Source of the DNA: Dicyema japonicum
Taxonomy: Eukaryota > Animalia > Dicyemida
Assembly (NCBI GenBank): GCA_011109175.1
Contig: RDEW01000025.1
Span: forward strand, 155,990-219,989
Length of the DNA stretch: 64,000 bases
Direction of reading: 5' to 3'
Within the stretch, counting starts at the first letter, position 1, and every line of letters starts with the position of its first letter. Position numbers and translations under genes: made by a program. This document shows, in pieces, positions 38,960-51,830 of the stretch. A model generated the notes under the pieces. It was given only the letters and a program-made list of their open reading frames with translations. It ran no database searches and had not been told where the DNA came from.

Positions 38960-40450
38960 TTGACTTCTCAAGTGGAGGATTTTGTGATGGTCGCGATGCA
39001 GCTGCTGACAGATGATCCTTCGAGGTCTTTCAATCTTGAGCTGGACGAGATTCGAATCATGATCCTACTTTTATCAACGCTTCCTTGTTCAGAACTTAAA
39101 GATTTTCGATATCTCTCGATCCTGTCATATCGTCCATCCTCATGAGAAGGAAGACAAGGGCTTTCATCCACCATGAAGTTAGGTAGATACTTAATTCAAT
39201 GAAGGTACGTTGCCACCTCAACCTTCCGATCAATTAACTGTTTGGATAGGTAACTTCTCAATGTTCTGTCAAGACTTGATTGTTTTGAACAATTAACGAA
39301 AGTTAGGATTTAGGGGGTTATAGTTTTTCTCCTAGACTTGACATTTCGCCAAATTCTCTCTTATCCTTAGTAATCAGGGATGCCAGGGGATTCAAATGGG
39401 GGGATCCCTGGGCTCCGAACAAACCTCTAAGCCCAGAAGTCCAAGAGATCCATGCGAGAGGTATCGGGGATCAAAACCGTTAAGACCAGAAGTCTAAGGG
39501 GTCCGACAGATTGTTTAGACCTTCTTTCTCGAAGTATCCGGGGTTGATAACTGAAATTAATTAATTTTTCAAGTTTGAGAAAAATTTAGTTCAACGACCG
39601 TAAAACCGAGTAGTTTCTGGATGTTATGATTCAACAATCCTCCTGGATTTGAATTCCCCGACTGGTTCCTTGGTCAAAGGTTGTTTTCACTACGCTCTGG
39701 GTCGTCTGTGATTCAATCTTGTTAGACAGTACCAAGTGCGAAGATGCCATTAAAAATCATTTATTTTCCTCCACTTACTGGATTAATCTAATGGACTTAC
39801 ACTTCCAAAACGGTAGTGAACTGGATACATATAATTGTGGAAGAAACGACTACCCCATTATGGATACCTCCCAAACATTGATCTCAGGTTCGGTCCTATC
39901 TCCGGATTATCTAGCAAGCTTACTGACAATCCAGAACACCCTTCTTTTCGTATGTCGATGATATCATAATTGCTTCACGCCATCGCTTCTATGGTCCTGC
40001 AAGAACACATTGATGAAATTTCTTTTGGATGGACCAAAATCTCCTCATCCTTTCAATCAAAAAGTCATCAATAACCCTTTTCACTACAGATGTCGTCAAT
40101 CCAACTTGGAACCAACGTTATTTTTAAACGACGCCCCTTTCCCGTGATTAAAACCTTTTAAAATACTTGGTTCGATATTTAATGCTTTTTTATTCTCGAA
40201 ACATGTCTCTTGTGTATGCGGAAACTCTCAAAAGCACAACATACCCCTGACCGTGACGGTACGCCATTCGGTCAGAGCAAGAGAGCTTTGCTATTAGGAG
40301 GCATTGGATACATGAAACCTCGGAAAAGCCAGCGTACACTATGATCTGGGTTCGGTTGTGATGTGGAACAAAATTTGAAGGAACTCTTACAAATCTGCTC
40401 TGAGGAGAAAGAATGGAATTGTTAGTCAGATTATTAATTCTCGAAAATTT
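38960..40450 (+). mobile_element. Degenerate interrupted LINE RT
   Basis: KDFRYLSILS, GSVLSP, YVDDIII motifs. Confidence 0.5.
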
Positions 40451-41899
40451 CATTAAATTTGAGAGTCTTTAGGAAAAAAGGTCCAATCTCACCAAACTCA
40501 TTTGCTATGTAATCTCCATCAATTGGTACTTTTGTACCCTTCAGCGGTTCAGCTAACGCTCACAGTGAGAATCACAGTCATCGATTTTATGTACGACATC
40601 AAGAATATTTTCCCCGTTCATAGTGAAGTGACTGTCACGTTTGAAAAACATGGAAAGTGGATGATTTCATTAACTCTGTCCGTTCTGCTTATTCAATCAC
40701 AATGGAGGCTTGAGAATCTCCAAGGAAAATCTTCGTACTATCTCCCTTCCAAACAATAGCTATTCTCGCTAAGGGAATTAAGTGAATAAGACTCGCAAGC
40801 TTACTTAAGAACCAAACGACATAACCCAGAAAATCTGTCCCGCCACTTTTGAAAAAGTCAAAGGATGGTTCAAGATTGGATATGCTTTGGAATGATTGAT
40901 ATTATTTGTCCTCAAAATGTACAGATTTTGAATATTTATTATTATTTTTAGCCTTTCTTATGCGTAAAAATCAGGTTAAATGTCCAATAAGCTTAGTAGT
41001 CTCATCACCGATATACTGATGGAGTCAATGAGACAATTACACTTAGTAGAAGAGTGTAGGGTCATACAACGGTGTAGTTATCCCTGAACTACTTCAATGA
41101 ACGCAAAGTGTGAACAAAATAAATCAGTCGTAAATAGCTTTTACTCACGACAGATTTAAAATACTAACAAAATGTGTCAAAAAGTGCTTTGTGTTGATCT
41201 TAATATAGGTCTTTGACTACAGGTGGGGACAATCACAGCTACAAAGTTAAACAGGGACATCCCATTAGACTCTAACAAAGATATTTCAACTGATTCTGAT
41301 GGGAGATGGGGAATAATAAAAATTATAATTTTAGGTCAAAATGACACAATTTTAGTGATCCAATTTGATTCTGAATATTGGCAGGCTCAGAGGAACCAGT
41401 TTTGTGTAGTCGTTCAAAAAATAATATACCAGGTTGATTCCATAGCTTGTTGTGATTTTTTTGAGGAACTTTACGCAATTCTCGTACATTTTGGATGTTT
41501 GACGCAATCAGACGTCAGAAAATCTAATGAATGGGCTTTATCGATATCCCAGAGACTTCTCATGTGGATACAAAGAAGTATAAGTTAGATTCTAAGACAC
41601 AGCAATAGAAAACTTAAAAGAACGATTAAATTAAATTTATAAAAAAGTAAAAAAATAGATAATTTATGCTAGGTATTTCATAGAATGAATTAGGTAATTA
41701 TGTCAGCAAGCATAATAGCGATAAGAAATTGGATATTAACGACTATAAAGCATTAAACTATAGGATCGGACGTTTTCTGTCTTTAATGGGCAATGAGGTT
41801 TTTATCGAGTAATCATAAAATCGTGGTTGTTTAAAAATTTGTAATAGTTAATACTTATCTAACAAACTGTCAAAACTTAATCTTTAGTTGCAACTTGCT

Positions 41900-43852
41900 G
41901 TGCAAAGCAAAACTAGAACAATTAGCTTAAAGGTGAAAGCTAGTGAAAAAGGATGTGATGTAGTTAAAAGGTAATTTAAAATTTTATGATTTTTTTATTA
42001 ATTTGTTGTATTAAACTCGATTTTTGTGTTTTTAACGTTTCGTCATTTCAGGCATGTCAATCTCTCGGATTGTCGGAGCCCGATTACTTAAACATAATGT
42101 ATACCTCGGATGATGGAACAAAATCCTGGCTACATAAATGTTTCAAAGTAAATCCTCTGATTGAATCCTTTAGCTCTCTGAGCAACTAATAAGTAAACTT
42201 GATGGTCCTGTAAATTGTGAGATCTGCCCTTGTATTTACCCCAAAGATATAAATAAAGAGATAACATCTATGTCCACAATTGTAAGCTTCTGTAGGTATA
42301 TTTTAGGAATTATTCTCCGATAAAGTAAAACAGGACCTTAATGATGGAACCTTGTGTGATGACCACGCAATGAATCTATTTTTATCATCAATTCTCGCTA
42401 TCGATGAACACGGAATGCATAATCCACATGAAAAGAAAAAGTCGATGGATGTAAAAAATTATATTCCTGAGAAGTAATTCAAAATGTTTTAAAATAGCGT
42501 CATGGATCAGTATAACCTTCCAGATTCAGTTTGGCAAGAGACTTTTGAACGTTTCCACAGACAAATGAGTGATCACTAGTTTAGTAGATTTTATAAATTT
42601 ATTAGTAATGAAAATAAAAATATGATTTCCCCGAAAGCTGAGTTTTTAAAATATGCTCAGAATCTACCTATGTACGGTGTTCACTACGTGAATATGATGA
42701 ACAAAAAGAAAACAAAGCTACTTTTGGGGATGGAAATCACGGGAATCATCGTATATCCAGATGATGATAGGTGGGAGACTGTCATTTTTGTAGATTTTAT
42801 CCCATCGCTTTTTTTCTATATACAGAAATGAAATCAGTGAAAATTAATAGCAAAAATGTGTGACTTCAGGTCAGTGACCGACAATCAGGAAATTCTGTAG
42901 AAAAATATTGAATATGTTAGACATTTTCTATTTTGACTGACAACAAACAAGATGCTGCAATGGTTGTCGATGTGATAAAACAATATATGGATCTATATTC
43001 GCAGAATAAAAAAGAAGATAAAATGCAGATAGAAATATTGAACCAGCAGTCTTGTATGGATCTGGAAACACTTTGCAAGCAAAAGTAATTACTATTTTAT
43101 TCATTCAAGGGCCTTAATGATGATGAAATACAGAGAAGTCATTGATTTAGGAGATAAAATGAATGATTTATTGATTAAACTAAAATATGATGAGGAAAGT
43201 TCGGATAAAAACAATAAAAGTTTACTTGGGTTTTTAATTTTAGAACATGAGTTAAAAAAACAAATCGAAGGTCTGATATCTCAACTAAAAAACATTATGT
43301 CAGAAAAATTTAGACTAGAGGAAAAACTTTTCCAGCTTAAGATTGCTGGCAAAGAACTAGGCAATATTGTTTGCTTTACATCCTTCACTCGTAGGAAACT
43401 GAAATTGCTACCAAATCATCCCACCTTTTGGAAAAAAAGGAGAAAATTTCAAACTTGGTTGATAACTTTTATGAAACCAATTTTTTCGATAAAAAATCAA
43501 TTAAATCTAAAGTTTGTGCTAATCCATCGCCATCTGTAAATAGAAAAAGTGTCAAAAAGCAGGTCTCTCAGAATGAAACTGAAAGTAGCAGTGTATCTCC
43601 ATTTCAGTAGACTCTTTTATGGATAAAACTCCAAAGAAAACCGATTTGGTAATTGTTTTTGCTAAAAATGAATACTCTGATAATGATATGGGTTCGTATA
43701 ATATAGATCAATTTTATTTAGATGAACTTGATTTTCAAAACAGTATGCCCAGTCAAGAAAACGAACCTCCGAAAATACCATCGAACGTCGATATTACAGT
43801 AACATTGGTTCGTAATTTCACAGGAATTTTCTCGATTATTGGAGCGATCTAA
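41900..43852 (+). CDS. Divergent ERM/merlin-like FERM protein with coiled-coil tail (intactness uncertain)
   Basis: ACQSLGLSEPDYLNIMY...SWL; VMDQYNLPDSVWQE; AEFLKYAQNLPMYGVHY...NKKKTKLLLG align with the FERM F1-F3 lobes; several 23-27 nt GT-AG introns; possible frameshifts. Confidence 0.75.
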
Positions 43853-45399
43853 AAAGGAAGGAATGGAAAGTCAAAATGGTGGCAAGTCCAATTTAACTAG
43901 TTGTTCAATGGGAGGAGATAAATGCGATAATCTAAAAAATGCGAAATTAGAAAAGGCAAAAAAGCGTATTAAAGCTTTAAACGACTTTAAAATTATATTT
44001 TGATTTGTTATGAATTGGCTAATTTAAACTAACATTTTTTGACTATTTTCGAAAATATATTCAAGCATAACATTGACAACAAATCAAGCTCCATGTGTAA
44101 AAAATAGTTAACACGATTGCAATTCCAAAACCCTGCGAGAATCATCTCCATTCGCAGGGGTCGCTTTGAAAATAGCACTCCAGTTTTCATTGATGACTCT
44201 TTACAATTTAGAACACTCTTCATGTAATTATCTTTGGAAAACAATCGGTTTCTAAATTAATGTCTACAACATCAACGATTGGCCTTGAGATTGATCCATT
44301 GTCATCCCTAACTAAGTCTTCAAGGGAAATGTAGTCTCTTTAATTTAAAGTGCATCTCATCTGAGATTTATGATATCATTAGTTATTTCTTAGCTGCTTG
44401 GCCCCATGTAGTGCTATGTGGCTAATTGGCTGAAAATTTCTCTTCCTTCTCTCTGATGGAGTCATCGGATCCACTTTACTCAGGAGACGCCCAATACCTG
44501 GCCGGCATTCAAAAGGATCACCGGAGACAATTTCGTTCCCTGCGACGAGTTCTGGAATCGACTTCAGTTTTTCTGGGTCACTGTGCTAGGGTGAAGGTTC
44601 TGCTGGAACGCGTCAGGATCACGGAATAGTTAGTTTTGGTCTTTGGAATAATTTTATTTTGTCTGCCACGTGATAGCTTTTATTAAATTAAATTTTTGAT
44701 AACTAATCTGTACAATTTCATAGCTTTCATCATGTGATGTTGGAATCCTCAAACATCTAAAGAATTTAACGAAGATAGCATATTGGTCAGTGCTGTGATT
44801 CGATTCCCACTACGTACCTACTTTGTGGAAGGATTTTCTTAGCCTTCTTCAATTCCTAGAGGCGTTATTGGATTCACCTAACTCAGACACCCAATACCTG
44901 ACCGACATCCACAAAGATATTTTTTTCCTAATCCAGTAGAGGGGTTTCTAAAATTGTGGATACTTACAAATGGTATGATGCTCGGAAAGATTACGACCCA
45001 TTCCTACAAGAACTGGATAATATCTATTTCATGTTTATTCAGAGTTATTAAAAATGTAGTCTTGAATTTATATTAAACCTACTCAAGTTCCATATATAGT
45101 AGGCCTTCCGGGAAGTATTTTATTCATCCGCAGATGTTCCCATTTATATGGTTTCCCGAGCATTATTATTACCCCCAGGATCACTGGGTAAAAAAAGAAA
45201 GAAATAAAAGCTCTCATCTAACTAAGTGATCCCAGACCGACAAAGGAGAGGACGAGTCCGGCGGAAGGTCGAGAATCCTGAACAGCACTTCTCATTGGAC
45301 ATGGCATCGGCTCAAAATTTCTATATAAATGTAGATATTTCGATAGTGTATGGAATAGAGGACAGCTCGGTAAACTAGTCTCCTTTAAGAGTTTCCGTT

Positions 45400-45660
45400 G
45401 TAATTTGATTAAGAAATTTTCAATGGGCTGGATTTTGTGTTCTCTCCAATTAACCTTATTGCAGTCTCCTCGATTGGGGATAGTTTCAATGAGGAGGATC
45501 GTGAAATCTGCATTGCCCGTGGAGGACTTGCATACGTCATCGTTGGTCGGATAAATTGTTCATAAATCGTGGCAAGGTCACCAGTTTGGTCTCTAAGTGT
45601 TTTTGAGAGCACGGTTTCCCGAGCATTAGCGAATTTCTATTAAAAGTTGGCAATGATTGT
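45400..45660 (-). mobile_element. LINE RT C-terminal remnant
   Basis: TIYEQFIRPTMTYASP...AIRLI. Confidence 0.55.
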
Positions 45661-46062
45661 CTAAAATCACCTGCTAATACGGACTATAATTGCTCAGAAT
45701 TTCCGTCTGCTTCCTTACCATCATGTAAAATGACGTTTTATTGTTATTGTTCATTCGTTCCAAATTATTAAAAAACAGTTACTAAGCCAATCCTTTGATT
45801 TTTTTAATATTATGCACCGTACGTGTGACTAAGCCGCACATGTGACTCTAAAGTCTCCACTTTTCATAAAAGAATAACCAGGTGGGTAATTTTTATTTGT
45901 TAAACAGATTTCTAATATTTTTTTTAAAAATTAATATTTTTAAAACTCGTTTTTTGCATAAATGGACATAGAATGCACTTTTAAAATAATTTGATTATTT
46001 TTTATTATTTAAAAATATATTTGTAAAGATTATTTTAAAAAAATAATATTATGCGACTAGGT

Positions 46063-46200
46063 GGCCAAGTGGGGCAGTGTAACAAGTACCGGGCAAAAGG
46101 CCTGATGCTTCCTAATTTGAATCTCAACTGCTGTACATTCCGGCTGAAAGTTCCATGTATCTACGATGATGTAGCTTACGAGTGAAGTCTTCTCATTGCG
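46063..46200 (+). mobile_element. tRNA-derived SINE, copy D (degenerate)
   Basis: ggggcagtgtaacaagt...gcaaaaggcctgatg...gaaagttccatgtatctacgatg. Confidence 0.6.
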
Positions 46201-46759
46201 GAACCGAATCTGTTATTTATTCGAACAATGTTTGTGTCCTGCCTGGGAGGAGCTATGGCTCTTCGTAAAGTGCAATATGAGATGGGTACAAGGTTAAGTG
46301 AGAGGTATTTATATTATGATTGATTATAGATTAAATCAATTAAAATGTGGACTTCTTCAACAACAGCTTCAAATGAATATTTTGGGAAAATTTTGAATTA
46401 TTTTTTGTGAGTAATGTTTGAATATAACAACACTAACATTTGACCACAAACAAAATCCCATTTTTTCTTTTTATGGGCTATAAATATTATCCAAATGTTT
46501 CTGATGGAGATAGAAAGAACCTTGTGGAAATTTATCACGAACGTGAGGAAGCTCGAGAGAAAACGCGGAAAAAACAAAAGAAGCTGCTGAAATAACGTGC
46601 AAAAAATAAAATGGTCACATGATGAAATTTCACTAAGTATTGGAGAAGTCCACAGTTAAAGTACTGTAGTTTGATTGAGATAGGGCCTGAGCCGACACCT
46701 TTAACAGTCAAGACTTGATGGTTTTTCGTTGAAAGCTCGAACTTTCGTAAATTTCAAGG

Positions 46760-46960
46760 TAAAAAAATACGATAGCCTCTACATAAGATTCCATGTACAC
46801 CCCGTTGTCGTTGAGACGAGCGGAGTCTTCGGCCCCAAGACGGTCTCTTTTCTAAATCGCTTGCGTCAATGACATCGAAAGTGAGTAATAAGCGCCGAGA
46901 AACCGAATGGCTGTTCCAAATGATTTTCCTGAAATCATCAATTTGTGCAGTACGCATAGT
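46760..46960 (+). mobile_element. CRE RLE fragment related to the 58.6-61.6 kb element
   Basis: PVVVETSGVFGPKTVSFL...RRETEWLFQ; DNA close to the reverse complement of 58740-58865. Confidence 0.75.
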
Positions 46961-47184
46961 TTCTTTGAAAATTCCGTATATGACGGACAAATGCTTCATT
47001 TCGATGCCCAACCTTCTCTAATAAATCTAACTTATCACATGCTTTGATTATGTTCCAGGCAAGTCCTCATTAAAAAACTATGAAATGACTGAAATTCGTT
47101 TCATGAATTGACTGATTACAAAAATTGACTGCAACAACTACACTTTTGCGAAAAGTCATATTAACTATAGCTTCCCTCAGACAG

Positions 47185-47450
47185 GAAACACACTTTATTT
47201 AAGTAAAGAACAGTTATGAGAATTAATCTTAGAGGGAGAACCAAAGAATGCTTTTCACTTCTTTTTGTTGCGTGTACGTCCTTTATAGACTATCCGGTTT
47301 CGCGGTGAAATGTTCACTGATGACGGCATCACTCGTCAAGCCAAAGCATCCTAGATGCGTGAAAACTTCAGCCGCAATGTACATCAGCGAGATTCTAGCA
47401 AAGTGCCATCAGGCCTCTTTCCCTACACTCGTTCACTGAGTCACCTGGCT
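47185..47450 (-). mobile_element. tRNA-derived SINE, copy E
   Basis: Full body shared with copies A and C; decayed B box. Confidence 0.7.
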
Positions 47451-47627
47451 GCATTCTTTAAATGATCTTGGACCTCTAATATGATCCGGTAATAACTAGG
47501 GCGATTTTTATTTTGACTTTATAAATCGGAAATTTTGACCTAAAAATTGACTTTAAAATTTCAAAATTTTGACCTTTCTTGACATTATGATAAATTTATC
47601 TACAAATTTTTTTTAATTTAAAAAAAA

Positions 47628-48100
47628 CTAATCAAAATCTTTATTAAAATACAGAAAAATGTAATTCAAAACTTTTTCGGTTTTAATATTTCGGTCTTTG
47701 GATAAAAATTTTTCCGATAAAAAAAAACTTCTCTCAACAAATAATGATGTGGAAGGACACTTATTCAGATAGTTGTATATATCTGGAGAAATATGTTGTT
47801 TTTCCATTTTTGTAATAAAACGTACTTGATTGACAACAGATAATCTCGATTCCAGTACTTCCTGATTCCACATAAATCGTCCCCGAAATGCAATTTCTGA
47901 ATGTGTTCTACCGCGTCTCGAAAATTCCTTAGATCATTATCAATTATCTTACAGGAAATCGAAGAGTTAGCCACAGAAGACAATGACGACAAGATATTAA
48001 AAATATTTTTTTGGGATCAGAAATTTTTCCAATAAGTGTATTGACATATTTCTGTCCTCGGATATTAGTTTTATCAATCAAAAAAAATTTCAGATTTAAA
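47628..48100 (-). mobile_element. hAT-like transposase C-terminal remnant
   Basis: CPSTSLFVERSFFLSEKFLSKDR resembles the hAT dimerisation motif (SxxxERxFS). Confidence 0.55.
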
Positions 48101-48317
48101 AAAGATGTGTAGATAGATGCATGAAATATCCGGGGGCCGAAAATTGAATGAGGATTCATCTATTTTGTGTTCCAACCAAACCATGCGATCAGTCCAATTT
48201 TTTTATTGAAAGCGAACCCAACTCTTACACTTTCCGCGAGCATTGAATTATTGACGTCATTTCCTTATTATGTAAATTACCAGTTTATTTTGATTTTCTG
48301 AAAATATTTATAATTTA

Positions 48318-48376
48318 GGGTATTGTAGTGTAACGAGTGGCCTGATGGCCCCCAGTTCGAATTTCGCAGCTGTACA
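48318..48376 (+). mobile_element. SINE head fragment, copy F
   Basis: tgtagtgtaacgagtggcctgatgg...agttcgaatttcgcagctgtac. Confidence 0.45.
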
Positions 48377-51300
48377 AAAGGAAGATTATGTCCAATACTC
48401 TCAAACAAGTCTCGTAAGCTTTACTGTTTAACTTATGCAAGGGAATATCCGATTCGACAAAAGCCTTAGTTAATTATCGTCCCATTTGTCGGCAGATGGG
48501 AAGAGAAAATCAATGGGTTTTATAATATTGACACCTATAAAATAGTAATAATGAACCTGATAATTTGATATGCTTCTTAGACGATCTACGTGATTCACTA
48601 AAAATGTCTTTTTATCAGTTACAAATGTTAGTTAGTTAAAGCGCAAAACAGAGTAAATCTTTTCAATGTCATTATTTATTGAACGCGTCAACATAGGCAA
48701 CATAGTGAACGATGATAATTGATCACACGATAGTATTTTATTTAAAAACTCGAAAAATAAATAAAAATAAAAATCAATAAAAATTTTGACTTTATTGTTT
48801 TATAATTAAAATTTGACCTTTTTGACATTACCCAAAATTTTGACTTTTTTTGACTTGTCGCCACGTGCCTATTATTTGCAAAAAAGGAAACAACTAAGAC
48901 TGATTTACTGTAAACTCTATCCAGGATAACGGGATACACGTTTTCTACTAGTTGGCTCCACAATGCCAAGTGTAGATAAACGAGGACATTGACGCTCACA
49001 ATGAGCGAAAATTTAGCTACAATGTATTCTCCTAAATATATCAAGGAGATCATGGACAGTATGACGTTGAGGAGTATGTAGTTCTATGGCTCAGCTGTAG
49101 ATCTATAAATTGATTAAGAGTACTTTATTTGTTTGCTCAAGTCTACTTTTTTAATTTCTGTCAGTACCACGAAAATTTTCCTATTTTTACTGATTTTGCA
49201 GAAAAGAGTCTTCTTGTGTTTTGGGAGTTCAAGCACACAACAATATTGGCGACTCCATAAATAATATTTCCCACGTGCTTATAATTAACCTGATTCTGGA
49301 AAAAGTGACTGTATCGAGTTGGTTTTCTGTTTTTATTCAGGTCGTAATTATCTATTTTTTGTAGCCGACAGTAAAATAACGCGGCTTTCTTTGAAGCTTT
49401 GATAAAATCTATGAGGACTATATTCCAAGAAGAGATTTAAATTTCGAAAGAAAATCACGGGGAAATCACAAATATTGTAAAAATAGGGTCTTCTCGAAAT
49501 ACTAACGATTTAATTGTAGTTTTGCAGATTGACGATTCTGCTCTTGTGACTTGGAATTGCTTTTCGTGCACGCTAGAGAAAACAACGCTGTGTATTTGTA
49601 TTTTGCAGGCATCCTTTGATGATTTGAAGTTGTTTGTTTTCAAGGGGAAGTAGTGCTAGGGATAATTTAGTAGATACTAAATCCTATAAGGTCTCAATTT
49701 TTTATTTTACTGCCAATTGTATCTCTTATATCCGAATTTTTCAGGGTTTTGGTTATAGTCACTTGTAGGAAAAGACTCCATTTCTGATCATGAACTCAAC
49801 TATTCGATAACAAAAAACGGATTTTTATATACGAAATGGTAATCAGGACTATAGAGTAAGTTTTCCCAAATTATGTGCTCTCTGAAATATTTCATCCAAA
49901 AAATAGTCTACGAAAACATCAAAGTGTATATTCACGGTATTTTTTAAGGACTGTAGTTAGCCTTGTGTGAAAACAGTGAAGTGAACAACTCAGATATTAC
50001 TTATCCATGCAGGAGTGCTACAATTAGATTTGGAATGGATTTGAAGCAGTTTTTGCTAATTACGTGTCAGAAGGTTTCGAGAAAGTTTTCTTCTACAGTT
50101 ATGCTGCATGTATTTTTCAATTATTTAGTCGATGAAGAGGTCTTCAAATCCAATAAGAGGTTGAGAATGTCGGTTATTTCAGATCAACGAAAGCAAATAA
50201 CGAGTTCCGCATTTAATGTTCAGAGTTTAGTTGCCCATGTCCAGCCGATACAGCCTTAACGCGCTAATTAAAAAAATATTTCATAAAGGTCAATTCTCTG
50301 AATAGGATGTAAGAAATCATACTAATAGCCAGTTGATCGAGTCGAAGGAACTGAATACGTTTTCACTGTTCATGCAACTCAAATACTTTTGTTTGTCTCG
50401 CAGTAGACATAATTGAGACAATTCGACGTGTTCTTTATATTCTTATGTCGTCTTGATTAATTAAGTTTCTTTTATGAGTTTTTTTTTCAGCGAGGAATAT
50501 TTTTTGATGGAAGAATTCAACATTAGTCTTTTAACTTAAAAAGTAAAGAGTTTAAAATTAGTTGATTTTAGTTAAACTAACTTTTCCCACATTTTTAAGG
50601 GTTTTCCGATGGATATTTGTAACAAACCGATGTACCTTGAAAAATAAGTTGTCTTAAAAGTAGTCAACTGGCCGCCGAAAGACGCGACAATCTAATGCCA
50701 CTTTTAGGTAATAAACCGGCAGCAATGAATTATATTATTGCTGTCTCTCAGGTCATTTAATGTGTACTTATTTAGACATAAGAGTCTGTTTGGATTTTTT
50801 TCAGAAAGTCAAATTAAGTCAAAAAATGGAAGAGTCGTCAATTTCTTGCAGGTTGCTAGCTTCCCATCATTTCTCACTGCTTATACGATAATGTATGGTC
50901 GTGCATCTTATTTTTGTTATATGGGCAAATAAAATCGTATATTTATATTTTAAGTACAAATGCTCACTCCCAGTGAACTTCAATCAGTACCCTGTCAGCT
51001 AAAGATATGAACAAAGATGATTGACCTTGTGAAACGATTCAAGTTGTGTGCGTTTTACTAGCAACATTGCTTACTGGCTAGATTACGGTTTTGTAATGAG
51101 CTTTTGTATTTGATTCCATCAATAAACACAAAAAATATCCCTCAGAGTGAGTTAAAGCCAGGATACGAGGAACTCAAGAACATGCTCCTTATCAGTGAAA
51201 CAGTTATTTTTATTCATATATCCTCTATAATTTCTTCAAATATACCTCAAAAAAGCGTTCAAAATGGTATTTATAAGATTTCCCGTGGATCTCGCAGAAT

Positions 51301-51742
51301 CGGTCAAATTACTTCGCATCTTCCTCCTAACAACCTCGACTACTTTTACATCTATTTGGAAAATCATGCATTTCAGAGGTATTTCTATTTTGGGCAAACT
51401 AAGGGATCTCCATTTTCAATGTAAGCTGGATCAGGATACCTGCAGATCCCCGAGTAAATACTCTGAGGATTTCATCGATGATAAATATTTTAACGAAACA
51501 ACGAGTCACAAGTAATCAATTAATTAGCTAATCTCCTCTTCTTGGGGCCAACGTCAATTGTCAGTATAGGTGTGTTTTCGCTGTCGCACAACCCACATTC
51601 CGAGACTCCCCTAGGTCGACATTCCTTATCAGCTTCCTCTCATCAGGTATCGATACTCCATGTCTATCTTCAGCTTGCATGCTCTCCAACGTCTTTTTCA
51701 ATACTAACGTTTGGATGTACGCTTTCACCCTTTCCTCCAGTT

Positions 51743-51830
51743 TGATGGCATCCAGATAGCCCTTGAAGAATCTCGAAACAATCCCAGTTTGAGGTCATCC
51801 AGATGGCCCTTGAAGAATCTCGAAACAATA
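51743..51830 (+). repeat. Two tandem copies of catccagat(a/g)gcccttgaagaatctcgaaacaat
   Basis: Direct repeat; translates as IQIALEESRN / IQMALEESRN. Confidence 0.8.

Noticed and set aside
46754-47011. Listed minus-strand 85-aa ORF, and many other short ORF-track entries
   Set aside because: Antisense shadows of TE or intron-split host coding sequence; here the real signal is the plus-strand CRE RLE
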